DNA of 63,706 nt, counting the filler, from Lenisia limosa (taxonomy: Eukaryota > Protista > Breviatea), in NCBI GenBank assembly GCA_001655205.1. It is 13 parts of 13 records of this genome, joined end to end, with 100 filler letters (N's around TTAATTAATTAA, not from the genome) between each part and the next. Parts side by side here need not be neighbours in the genome. Positions count along the whole stretch, not along the records: positions 22,394 to 28,141 come from LPNZ01007531.1; positions 28,242 to 45,169 come from LPNZ01010833.1; 11 more parts are not named here. The stretch is one strand, 5' to 3'. Both the position numbers and the translations under genes were made by a program. How positions within the stretch are numbered: position 1 is the stretch's first letter; each line of letters starts with the position of its first letter. Below, piece after piece: positions 24,905 through 37,600 of this stretch. The notes under the pieces were generated by a model. It saw nothing but the letters and a program-made list of their open reading frames with translations. It made no database searches and had not been told where the DNA came from.

Positions 24905-26648
24905 TTAATATATAACAGGTTTGGAACTCCGTTGAGCGCGTCTTTTCTTGAAATATCGATATTTATCGTGGCTCCCTGCCTGCAGATAAAAAATGGCTAG
25001 TTTTGTGCTTTGTGTGGCAAAATGAGCTTTCAAGAAATATCACCACGAAATGTGCCTAGGGCTGGAAGGATGTACTTCATCGTTAGAAGTGAGAAATATA
25101 AAAAACAAAGTTTTATCTGGCCGAGGCCGTCCACACCACGCTTATAAGAGATATTGGATTTTTAGAGCACCCAATCCTTACCACACATAGTAAGTAATAA
25201 GTAGTGACCTGGATTCACCTCAGATGAAACAGAAAAAAGAGTATCATATATCCCTTTTTACATGAAATGCAAAAACAGAAACACCAAAACGACTTTAGTT
25301 ATTGCTAATCATTCTCCTGAAACTTCGAGGGGGAAAATTGGAAGGAAGGAAGGAACAAACTAGAAAGGAGGGAATTAGGAACTAGGAAGGAAAGGGGATA
25401 ACTTGGACGGAGGGTAAGAGAAGAATTGTGTGTCGGGAGAGGGGAAATATTCGAAGTAAGGAAAGAGGAGAAGCGTGAGGAAAAAAAATCAAGAAGAGCA
25501 CGGAAAGATTGTGGATCGGGGGAGGAAGTCATATTACACTTGAGGGGTCATCAAGCTCGAGCACGCTGGAGAGGGATCCCTGGGATATTGAGAGGATGTG
25601 ATACTATGAGACTTTACTGTATAATAGGCCAAAATTCGGTCCGAAAAAGTCCGTATAAATATCGAAATCTGAAGTCTTTTTTTGGGACCGTAGCCCTATT
25701 TGCCCACCTGCAGCATCCGCATACCCTTACCAGCGGATAAGTCTCGAACGATTTGCTCTGTGATATACAACATAATACCCCTGTCCAACACATACATACA
25801 TAGATATACATACATACATACACATACATAGATACATAGACAAAATTACATTTAGTATATAAATATCTACTATATATGATATACATATACATATGCATAN
25901 NNNNNNNNNNNNNNNNNNNNNNNNNNNNNNNNNNNNNNNNNNNNNNNNNNNNNNNNNNNNNNNNNNNCCAAAAGCTGATTCAGCTCTGCCACCTTGGAAT
26001 GGTAATTATGATCATATGGTAAAATATCTAAACTCTTGCAGTATTTATCGAGAATTTGGTCTTTTTATATCATAGTATCATATATTTTAAAGAAAAGAAA
26101 AAGAGAGACCTGGACCTCCACCATCTTTTCCACCACACCATCACGCTTACAAGAGATATTTGCACACATATATATATATATGGATTTAAACACACCATCA
26201 TGATCATACGACTTGGATCAAAAATATATTATAAACATATAGACTATGATATATAACTAGGGATTTTTTACAGTCCTAAAATAATGATGAATCGTCAATA
26301 AATATCGATAGTTGACCGGTCTTTTTCGTAACGTAGGAAAGCCCTATGTATAATGTAGTTTTCTTGCGTTACCTTAGATTCAAACGACGCATCATGGTCA
26401 TACGCTGCATTGACGGCTTCGGCCATAAGTACCTGTGGGGGGGGGGGGGNNNNNNNNNNNNNNNNNNNNNNNNNNNNNNNNNNNNNNNNNNNNNNNNNNN
26501 NNNNNNNNNNNNNNNNNNNNNNNNNNNNNNNNNNNNNNNNNNNNNNNNNNNNNNNNNNNNNNNNNNNNNNNNNNNNNNNNNNNNNNNNNNNNNNNNNNNN
26601 GGTGTCCAAAAGAGACCGAAACGTATTAGTCCAATCCGGGGTGGCCAT
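24905..26648 (-). CDS. Hypothetical small multi-exon protein
   Basis: MATPDWTNTFRSLLDT.., VLMAEAVNAAYDHDASFESK/VAELNQLL.., QIVRDLSAGKGMRMLQ/AGSHDKYRYFKKRRAQRSSKPVIY*, with canonical splice sites. Confidence 0.55.
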
Positions 26649-26649
26649 A

Positions 26650-26765
26650 GTACCCGGGTATATCAGGGGTGATGGAGTACCTGGTTGTATTAGGTGTAAT
26701 TGAAATGGAGTACCTGGGTGTATTAGGGTGATTGAAATGGAACCGGGTACCTGAGTGTAAATGGA
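26650..26765. repeat. Degenerate tandem repeat (ATGGAGTACCTGG.TGTATTAGG.G..ATTGAA-like)
   Basis: About three diverged units immediately upstream of the minus-strand gene start at 26648. Confidence 0.6.
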
Positions 26766-28394
26766 GCTTGAGGCTTAAAATATGAGCATATGGAAAAGAG
26801 AGAAGCGCATTTGAAGTGCAATATCCGTGTCAGGACATATTCACTACAGCGCATCGATTTGGGTTTCTGATAGTGGGGATTCCCCATTATTACATTGGAA
26901 TCCAAGGTAGCTATAGAAATCCTAACCAAGAAAAGTCATCGAACAAATCTCAGTCGCCAAGAACCCCCTGCCCATTCATTATCCATCCTTGGACAATGAT
27001 GGATACGGATAGATAAAGAAAGGTAAGAATATTGAATTCACAATATGCAAAATGATAAAAGGGTGAATAATAATGGTCGATGAATCGATAATGGCTGCCA
27101 ACCTTCTTGATCAAGGAATTAAGGTCGGGAACTTGGTCAAAAGGCTGTGGGAACGGGTTGCCCAGGAATTGTGTTGCTACTTGCTCATTTATTTTAAATA
27201 CGTAAATACTCGTTAAATACGAAGAGAGCACATAAGAAGAGGCAATTATTCGGTGTCTTTAATGTATGTGTATACCCAGACTTTGTGAGCTATACGCCTG
27301 AATATTTTCAAATTTGTTTCCACGAGAAGACGAGATGACAAACGGATTAGAAATAAAATAAAGACTTTATTTGTTATATAACGAAAGACCGCCTGGTAAC
27401 AATGGCGGGTAGGATGATCGACCCTCCGCCCCCATCGAAGAAGCCCCCTTCCTGGTACACCACGCCTGTTAATGAGGTATTGTGGCGGAAATGCTTTAAA
27501 ACACATATTGAGAGGAAGGCGCCGAACACTTTCGCCTGCTTATCTTTATTACTTTGGTTTGAGTAGAATAAAGGCCTTATGTTGTTCTAGTCTTTGATAT
27601 ATATATATATATATATATATAGTTATTATGACTCTTTAAATATTTGTGTTTTTGAGTTATTAAAAATGATAAAGTTGTGAAGAAAAATGGGCTTATATCT
27701 TCATTCAGTTTACTATAATTGCAGATATAATACAAGATTATACATTCCAAGTGCTTTCACTTGAATCCCACTCCCAACCTACTCAATGGGATGTCAAAAT
27801 TATGCTTGAATAGAGCAAGTAGCAATGCCCAGTGAGAATGTTGTGCCCATGTTCTACGATATATTAGAGCTTTTGTTTTTGGAGCTAATTAGGGCTTCCT
27901 ATGATTTAATGGTGTATTAAGAACAAAAGTCTGGCATTTACCCTCAATTAATTGTCGATCAATTGATTTTGAAGTTGTTGTGTTTCATAAAGGTTCCAAT
28001 TCAAATGTACCTTAAAATTTACTATCTGTCTTTTCATTTTTTAGTTTTTTCAATAAGCGTTAGATCTTTGGGTTTCTTTTCTTTCATACATTTTCCATTT
28101 TAACTCTTGGAAATTTCCTTGTATTCCACCTCCCCTCTTCANNNNNNNNNNNNNNNNNNNNNNNNNNNNNNNNNNNNNNNNNNNNTTAATTAATTAANNN
28201 NNNNNNNNNNNNNNNNNNNNNNNNNNNNNNNNNNNNNNNNNGGGGGGGGGGGGGTACACTGTATATCTTATATACTATATCACTAATAACACGGCTAATC
28301 TTTCATCCCTATGTCTTCTTTGATTTCACGTTCCCCTCGGACCCTAAGCGTTAAATTGGTTCGTGACTGTTAAAATTTCATTTCCTTGTTTGGG

Positions 28395-28474
28395 TGGAGT
28401 TTCAGAATATTTGGTTCGTGATTAGTTCCTTCACGCCAGTATTTGACACTTCCTTCGTTTCACCCCCCCCCCCC
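28395..28474 (+). repeat. Intron 3'-end module E (about 80 bp), representative copy
   Basis: TGGAGTTTCAGA.TATT.GGTTCGTGATTAGT.CCTT.ACGCCA.TATT...TTCCTTCGTTTCAC(C)n. Related copies at about 3620-3675, 7343-7393, 23280-23301, 51825-51860(-), 54565-54595(-) and 55590-55716. Confidence 0.75.
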
Positions 28475-28657
28475 NNNNNNNNNNNNNNNNNNNNNNNNNN
28501 NNNNNNNNNNNNNNNNNNNNNNNNNNNNNNNNNNNNNNNNNNNNNNNNNNNNNNNNNNNNNNNNNNNNNNNNNNNNNNNNNNNNNNNNNNNNNNNNNNNN
28601 NNNNNNNNNNNNNNNNNNNNNNNNNNNNNNNNNNNNNNNNNNNNNNNNNNNNNNNNN

Positions 28658-31600
28658 GCTCGGTTGACGACAGAAACTCCAGCCTTCTGGAGGAGGTGAG
28701 GGGCCAGTCTGTTAAAGCCGAAGGGACTATTTTGTTGAAACCGCTCTGTGTTTCAAACCGTTATGTGTTCCAAACAGCATGATTATTCATTTGGGGTTTT
28801 CCATTAATTGTCCATATCATATAATATGTACAGTGTTTATTTTGATTCTATTGTTTCGTACAGTTTTTTATCCCCCCCCCCCCCNNNNNNNNNNNNNNNN
28901 NNNNNNNNNNNNNNNNNNNNNNNNNNNNNNNNNNNNNNNNNNNNNNNNNNNNNNNNNNNNNNNNNNNNNNNNNNNNNNNNNNNNNNNNNNNNNNNNNNNN
29001 NNNNNNNNNNNNNNNNNNNNNNNNNNNNNNNNNNNNATGCGGTGGTGGCAACAGAGCGGATCCTCACCTTGCAGTCCGAACTGAAAACAGCCCGGGCCGA
29101 GGCAGCTCGCCTGGAGAAGGATGTGGGGGGGAGGTGTATCGATATACTATAAATATTGTCTTCTATTATCATAGTCTATGTCTATATTGTCAATAATATA
29201 TGTAAACAATTGCAGATTGCCCTCATTTTCACCCATTAGCTCATGTCAGTTGAGACTCGGGCAGACAAGGCCGCAGCACAGGCTAGGGAAAAGGAGGTTG
29301 GGTGATGGGGCTTTGAAGGATTTTTTTCAATGGTGTATGTTTGGGTATTTCCATCATCATATAATATCAATTGAATTTACTTTGCCAAGACCGCTCTCTC
29401 TGCTGAAGTTCAACGTTCTAACCGAGATTTGCTCGAAAGCAGACAGTCTCTTGCAACCCTTCAGGTATGTCGTCATTGTATCGGAGACCGAAAGATCGGG
29501 AGGAGGGGTGATTCAGCTTTGAAATTTTGATACTGTTGACAAACTATCCATCCTTAGTCCCAACCACCCCAACCGCGAAGACTACATAAATATCATTAAT
29601 CATATATTATAGTATACAATATACCGTATGTAGATATATTCCTTCATTTCACCCCTCCCCCCATCCACTGTTTCTGTCAATATTCTTCATGGAAGGATCC
29701 TGTGCTTTACCCACCCCTCCCCCCAGAGGTCTATAGCCGATTCCGAGTCGGCACTCGTGGCGGCGGAGAAGCTTTTAGAGGTATGGCGCAATACTGGTAA
29801 TCGTCTTCTGTTGAAATATACCATCAGCATTATGTTTTGTCAACAGGGTTTTTTATTTGTGTGTGTGTGTTTATCCCTTTACTTACCCCCCCCCCCCCCN
29901 NNNNNNNNNNNNNNNNNNNNNNNNNNNNNNNNNNNNNNNNNNNNNNNNNNNNNNNNNNNNNNNNNNNNNNNNNNNNNNNNNNNNNNNNAGAGAAGTCAAG
30001 GATAGAGCAGGTATACCCGTGGAATTAGTGATACCACGAAATCACTTTCTGTCCCCATCCCTTGTCATATTCATTTTCAAGATTCATATTTTATGAATAG
30101 CATTCGGATAATTTTAAGATCTTTTTACAACTGTTCAATCTCAATGATTGATTACTCCATTGTGTTTGAATGGTGAGGGCGGCTCTGACCCTACAGCGTC
30201 TTGTCGAGGCCGATAAAGATGTTTTGAAAGCTCTCAATGAAACTTCAGTAGTCAAGGTAAGTAACGTAGTGGGATTGTCGCTATAGTAATAGAATCACGG
30301 GCTATTCTATTTTATGCCGCATTCTGTACTATACACCTATTGTATAATATGTATATATAACACCTTAACATCGTAAACGCCGCTTACAGGATTGTACTAT
30401 GACATAAACTAACCTTTTTTACCAGTCTGAACTTGCGTCGCGGTCACGCGAAGTTGACCAGCTCACGCATGCGGTCCAGAGCCGGGAGGAGGAGGCCAAA
30501 GTAGCCCGGGCCGCAGCCGATGTCTCCAGAACGTCTCTCATGAACCAGGTGGGGGGGGGGGGTAATAAANNNNNNNNNNNNNNNNNNNNNNNNNNNNNNN
30601 NNNNNNNNNNNNNNNNNNNNNNNNNNNNNNNNNNNNNNNNNNNNACTCCATGCCCTCCACCCTTTGTTTCGTATAACTCTTCATCTTCCCAGTCCATTGA
30701 AGCAAGTGAGCATGAGGCGATGCTCCGAGCCACACACGAATCCCGTCTGCAGGAGGCTGTCAAGGACGCACGTGACCATGCGGCCACCACGCATAACAAG
30801 GAAATTACGTCTCTCCGTCAGCAGTTGGAAGCCCTCCGAGCCACGTTGGACAGAGATCTATCCGACTGGAGGGACAAAGAGGCCCAGTGGCTTGCAGCCG
30901 AAATGGGGCTGAAGAAGGACCTTGCGGCGGCGCATCAGCAGAACCAGCAGAACACCGACCATCTCAAACAGGTCGGGAGAGAGAAATAGCTGGGGGGAAG
31001 GGGGCGCGCGGTGGGTGCTTTTAGTTTCTCAATTCGGTTTCTTTAAAATCAAATTGTTTTATTTTGACCTGGCATCGCAGGACACCTCGCGACTCAACAT
31101 TGCACTCAACAAGGCCGAGGGTGAGATAGAAGCCCTTAAACGGGCCCTCCGTGATGCCCAGCAGGAGACCCATGACTTGAGGATGGAGGTGGGGGAAGGG
31201 TGTTATTTTGTTTCTAAAACACGTTATGTGGATTTAGTTATTATTCATTAAAACATTCCATATGAGACTTACCATATTAGGTAACACAGAAAGCCGAGGC
31301 GATGAGTGGTGCAGAAGCCCGAGCCGCGGGTCTTGCTGAGGAGGCTGCTATGCACTCCGCTAATTACGATATTGCACAACAGAGGTGGGGGGGACATACT
31401 TCATAATCGTCTTATTAATTCCCCCACAATCTCACACCCTAACCTATCACGATCTTCAGCAATTATCTTCCCCAATCTAATCCATGCCCCAAAGGTCTGA
31501 GAAGTCGGAGTCTCGTCTGGTTGAAGCCGAACGCCTTGCAGGAGAGGGTCGCATCCATGCCAAGGAGCTCACTGAGGCCAAGGCTAAGAATAGGGAGCTG

Positions 31601-34600
31601 GAGGTGGGGAGGAGTGTCTAATATCTTGTCAAACAGTAGTAATCAAACGGAACGTTAGGTTACTTACCGTTTTTGTAAAACATTAGCCCTCAACACTCAA
31701 CAACCAGATTGAGGCCCGCGAATTTAGAGCCGAACTAGCCCTCATGACGTCTTCCCGGGACGGCCTGAATAAGATGGTAGGGGACGGGGATACTGTTTTC
31801 ATAAAACTGACGTTTTTACTTGTTTTTGTTTATGTGCTCTGGTTTTTGTCTACTTTGGTTGCTCGTGTTTGCTGTTTTTTTTTTTGTTGTTTTTTGTTTT
31901 TTTTTTGTTGNNNNNNNNNNNNNNNNNNNNNNNNNNNNNNNNNNNNNNNNNNNNNNNNNNNNNNNNNNNNNNNNNNNNNNNNNNNNNNNNNNNNNNNNNN
32001 NNNNNNNNNNNNNNNNNNNNNNNNNNNNNNNNNNNNNNNNNNNNNNNNNNNNNNNNNNNNNNNNNNNNNNNNNNNNNNNNNNNNNNNNNAGAGAGGGCAG
32101 AAGAGCGCGTTAACGCCAATTCCGCTGTAATTGACCGCCAACAGGCTGAGATTAAGACGCTAAGGTGAGGGGCGGTGTCTCACCAGAAACCTCCACACCC
32201 CTCGAGGCCTTCTTAGAAGTGACTTGCCTGTGGCATTTGCTCTGTTGTATTCGATTGTGTTTCCAGTATTTATATAACGTAGCTTGTTGATTTTATGTTT
32301 GTTTCCTTTTGTTTTATGGGTTTTTTGAGTGATAGGACTTGCTGCAGAAGCCACCAGCCTGTTTGTCCTGTTTATTTTATTGTCCCCCCTCCAGGCAGCG
32401 CATTGAGGAGTCAGAGAACACCTGGCGCACCAAGGAGCTGGACTGGGTCCGAACTTCGGCGCGGAACGAGGCGGTTGTGGCCNNNNNNNNNNNNNNNNNN
32501 NNNNNNNNNNNNNNNNNNNNNNNNNNNNNNNNNNNNNNNNNNNNNNNNNNNNNNNNNNNNNNNNNNNNNNNNNNNNNNNNNNNNNNNNNNNNNNNNNNNN
32601 NAACTCAATAAGAAGTATTCTTAGGGGACAGATAAGGGGAGTCCAATAGTCCTATCTATTACCACCTAGATGCAAGGACCTGAACAATGAGAAGAAGTCC
32701 CTGACCAAAGAGCTGTCCGAAGCTTTCAACTTTGTTGGCAAAGACGATGACATACAGCGCCTTGAGTGGCACGGCCCGGACTTTGGTGGGAGGAAAGTGC
32801 TTTTTGTCAGACGATAGTGGGAGAGACTCTGCTACAGTTCTTGATGGTTATTATCACCCAGCCATTCCAGCTGAATCATCAACGATTGGTAGTACCGCAC
32901 ACTTACTTTATAGATGGCCCTATTCAGTCCAGTGGTATGACCGCCGTGACGGCCAACTCTATNNNNNNNNNNNNNNNNNNNNNNNNNNNNNNNNNNNNNN
33001 NNNNNNNNNNNNNNNNNNNNNNNNNNNNNNNNNNNNNNNNNNNNNNNNNNNNNNNNNNNNNNNNNNNNNNNNNNNNNNNNNNNNNNNNNNNNNNNNNNNN
33101 NNNNNNNNNNGGATCTTTTCTGCATCACGTGTTGCTAAGTAGTGTTTCGATGCCTTAAACATAGCTTACTTGTCATCAGATATGACTACGCTACAAGGAC
33201 CAATGGTCGTACATGAGCCTCTTAATGACTCCGCTGCCAGCCGATCACAGAACCCTGAAGTGGTGCGCGCGGGAGATATGGGACAGGATACCATTGTAGT
33301 TCTATTTATGGATTTATTGTTATATCCCACCACGTGCCCAATTTACAATTTAGATGATGACAATGCAAAGTGCGGAATCACAGGAGGTTAGTTGTGGAAA
33401 CCATCGATACCATTTATTTTTTGTTTTTATTTTGCGTTCTCATTGTTAAATTTAGTCTTCATTGTTCTGAACCTCAATTGATTTTCCACAACATTTACTG
33501 GGAACCGCGTTGATTGTTTAGTCTATTGAAACTCTTCCCAAGGAGGAGGTACTAAGACGCCAGGAAGAGTCTGCGATTTTCGCTAAAATGAGGGCCGAAA
33601 ATGAGACCTTGGCCAAGGAAATGCAGAAACACAGTAAGAGGGGGTGGGACAATTTGACTCAACTATGTTATGGGATGGGGTGGGGTTCAGCCAGGATTTT
33701 TGCGGAGTACTCTTTAATCCAACAATCTGGAGGTGTTACAGGAGCGTTGACATTTTAGGTCAGACAATGGCAGAAGATGACGAAGAGGACCAGATCCTTG
33801 GTGAAGAAGCCGAGGAAGATATTACAAGGTTAATGGGGCTCCTTTTGTTGTGTTTAACCAGCGTGTGATGGTGCTGGTGGAATTATCCATCCGTAACCTG
33901 TAGGTGCGTCATGACATGGTCTTGCTCGCCCCCAATATTAACCATCCAGACTTGAAGAAGCTGTGCACATGCAAGAGCAGGATGAAGAGCAGAAGCGGCG
34001 AAGCGAAGATGAGCGACAGCGCCAACTTGCTCATGATGCTGCCATCCTTGTGGGATATATTGGGTTTCATATTGTACATATCGATATGTTAACATTAATT
34101 ACCTTCCATGTTAGGAAACTGATTTTGAATACATACCTTATTAGGCAATTGATTGAGAATGCTTACCATATTAGGCAGCTGAGGAAGCAGCCCGAGCCGA
34201 GGCCCAGCAACTTTTTGATGAGGCAGACCGCTTAGCCCGCGAGCGTGATGCCTTGGGTGCGAGGAGGATATTAAGGCTTCCCTACGGTCTGAAATACGAG
34301 GATTTATCGATATTTATCGATAGATTTGGTCTTTTTTTTAGGATCGCAGTGAAGCTAAAGACGATAATATGAAAGGCAAATTCCAACAGAAATAGCTGGA
34401 TTTATATTTAAGAGAGAGGAGGGGTGTCTAGTTTCAGTAGAAGCAAAATAAGATGATCTGTCCGTACCTTGCTTGCACTAATGGATTCAGAGGGCGAGCG
34501 GGTGGCTTTAGCAGTAGAACGTGCCAAGATCAACGCACAGCAACACGAGGTGGCTGAACTACTGCACAACGCTGAGACCTTGAAGAGCGACAACGACACC

Positions 34601-37600
34601 AAGGCCAATGAGCTGGAAAGGAAGTCCCTCCAGCTTGCTGAGGAGCAGGAAGCAGTTCAGTTCCGGTCGCGTCTAGTCAATGATGATGAGGCCCGGATCC
34701 TCGATGCTGCTCGGAGGGCAGAGGAGGAGATTGAAGAGAGGGAGCAGGCGTATCATGAGCATCTCCAGGAGTGGGGGGGATAAGTTGCTTATTGTCCAAC
34801 TTCGCCAATTTGTAAAAAGACGTACCCTACAACATTGAAAAGTACAACTAATCGATATTGCTTATTGCTAACCAATGCATGATGAATGATGACACTGGTA
34901 CCATTATACCTTACTCACACTACAGACTGGAGGAGGCGGAGAAAGAGCTTGAAAAGCGGCGTGATGCTGAGAGGGCTGAGCAGGAACGCCAACGCCAGGA
35001 GTTAGCGCTTGCTGCCTTGGTGGGCGGGGTAGAGTTGGAGCTTGCTGCCTTGGTGGGCGGGGTTGAGTTTTTATTTAATACAAAGCAGGATAAATCAGGC
35101 ATACCCCTTTTGAGTTACACATTTTTTACCTCTTAGAAACTCAAGGAAGACGAAGAAGTTCGTTTAGCTGCTGCCCAGAGGCAGGCGGAAGAGGTGAGTA
35201 GTAGTCAGAGTGATGCCGACTAGGGCTCGAATGACTTTTATCTGTATGTTTGTGTGAATCTCTCTCGTATAGTTACACCAATTCTCTTGGTGTGCTCTCT
35301 GAAAGCATGTTCAAGGATTTCTCTACGATTATGGAGATTCCTAGACGACCCCCCATATGCTGTGACCCCTACAGGTTCTCCGAGCCTCTGAGGCCGAGGC
35401 GGAAGAACTCATTGAAGCAGCCAAGGTACAAGGTAGTAGGGGACCCCTTTATGGCAAAGTTGTATTTCTAAGTTTATTCAGACGGATTTCTCACTCTCAA
35501 AAGACTGCAAACCTACTTCTTTTTTTTTTTTTNNNNNNNNNNNNNNNNNNNNNNNNNNNNNNNNNNNNNNNNNNNNNNNNNNNNNNNNNNNNNNNNNNNN
35601 NNNNNNNTTGCCAGGCCAGGTTCTGAAACTATCGGCCGAGGCTGAGGCTGAGGCTCTGCGTGTGTCCAAGGAGCTTGCTTTGGCATCAAGGGAGTCGGAA
35701 GTGCTTCAAAGTGCTGGTAGGGGGAAAGGGGTGGGTGAATGGTGAAAAGAAAAATCAAAGGGGGGGAGGGGAAGAAGTGCAAATGCATTTATCCAGAGTC
35801 GATTTCAGACTCTTTTTTTCTTCATAATTCTCCATTTCACCCCCCCCCCCCNNNNNNNNNNNNNNNNNNNNNNNNNNNNNNNNNNNNNNNNNNNNNNNNN
35901 NNNNNNNNNNNNNNNNNNNNNNNNNNNNNNNNNNGACCTTCGCCAGACTGCGGACAGAGAAGCGGAACGTTGTCGGAAGCTGGCTGAAGATGAAGCTTCC
36001 GATATCCGACAAAAGGCCGAAAAGGAACGCGTGGCCCAAGAAAACCACGCTCAGCGCGAACTTCAAATTTCGCGACATGAAGCACGTGCCGTTCTAGCTC
36101 GGGCCGAGGCCGAGGCCAACGCCTTGGATGCGCAGACGCAACGCTTGCGTGATGAGGCAGAAATTCTCAAATCACAGGCTGAACGAGATGCGGAGCAGAG
36201 CAGAGCCATTTTGGAAGATACTAATCTCAAGAAGGTGGAGAGGGGTATCTGTTGGAAGGGTATCTATCATTTATGAAATTTCCACCCAACTCAAACATTT
36301 AGTCAACAAAGTTGCTCCATTTTGGGGGTTATTTTCATAGTCTTACCCCCCCCCCCCNNNNNNNNNNNNNNNNNNNNNNNNNNNNNNNNNNNNNNNNNNN
36401 NNNNNNNNNNNNNNNNNNNNNNNNNNNNNNNATTCCCCCAGGCCAACATTGAGGAGGTCAGAGAAGCCGAAGACAGAGCTGCTCGAACCAAGTCCGAGAA
36501 ATTACAGTCAGAAGCGGATAAACTCCGAGCCGAACGCGAAGAAATAGACCGACAACGCGCTGCTCTTGCCAAAGAAGCCGAGGAGGAGCAACGAAGAATG
36601 AAGCTTCGCCAGGAGGAACTGGAGGCCCAACAGGCAGCTGAAAATGCGGCAGCCGCAGCCAGGGCTTTGTGGGGGGCGTGGTCAAAAGCCTAATGCTTAG
36701 CTTGATATTTAACTTGCCATATGAGGAAGATAAGGGATCGCTGTCATATAGAGACAAATGACGCTGACTTGCCATATAGGGAAGAAGAAGAGGCCCGGCG
36801 TCAGATGCTCTCGGAGGCCCTCAATATGGAAGACGTTCTTCGGAGTAACTCATCAGTTATTTCAACCATCAACTCTCTTCCGGGGCAACGTGAGGGGACG
36901 TTTATTGGGAATATGAAGACATTAAATTCGATTTCCCGCATCTGTTCAAATTGTTTGCCCATATCTAATTGGGGGGTTTTTTCGGAAATACGTGACTTGC
37001 TGAATTTACCTTCCCGATTTGACTGTTATAGACACATCACCTCTCCGGACTTCGGGCATCCCCATCGCCTGNNNNNNNNNNNNNNNNNNNNNNNNNNNNN
37101 NNNNNNNNNNNNNNNNNNNNNNNNNNNNNNNNNNNNNNNNNAAGAATTGCATGGCTTTCCGTATTAGTTCCCCTTCCCTTACCAAATACGGTCATTTTAC
37201 TTACCATATAAGGTAACCCCGCAACGTAACAGCAGACGTAGAGACGGCTCAGCTACCCGCCCTCTTCTGTCGCCTGTCCGACAGGTGGGTGTGAGACTAT
37301 GACTTTGATATTTAGATTTATTATTATTTTCATTGGGTAAATATTATTTTCCAATAGGTCTTGTATCTAACCGAGATATTGTTGACGGATTGACTCAATA
37401 ATACCTTGTTTTGTTTTTTTGTAATTATCGGTGGATGAAGTGACCCCAACTGCACTTACGCCATTCAACACTCTTTTGTCCACCTAACCCTAATTTTAAC
37501 TCGTATCCCACTTTCATACACTTTAAGAAGCGACTGGCCTGGGCTTTTTTTTTTCTTGTTATCAACCCTTGTGTGTTATTATTAGCCTGCAGATTAATTT

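Noticed and set aside
26940-27560. Minus-strand coding-like blocks upstream of the 26648 gene
   Set aside because: Peptide fragments look plausible, but no consistent phase or family could be established, so they were not called.
31189-31498. AGGT...AGGT junctions as introner target-site duplications
   Set aside because: They are present at two adjacent introns but absent at most others, the intron bodies are unrelated, and AG|GT is the normal proto-splice bias.
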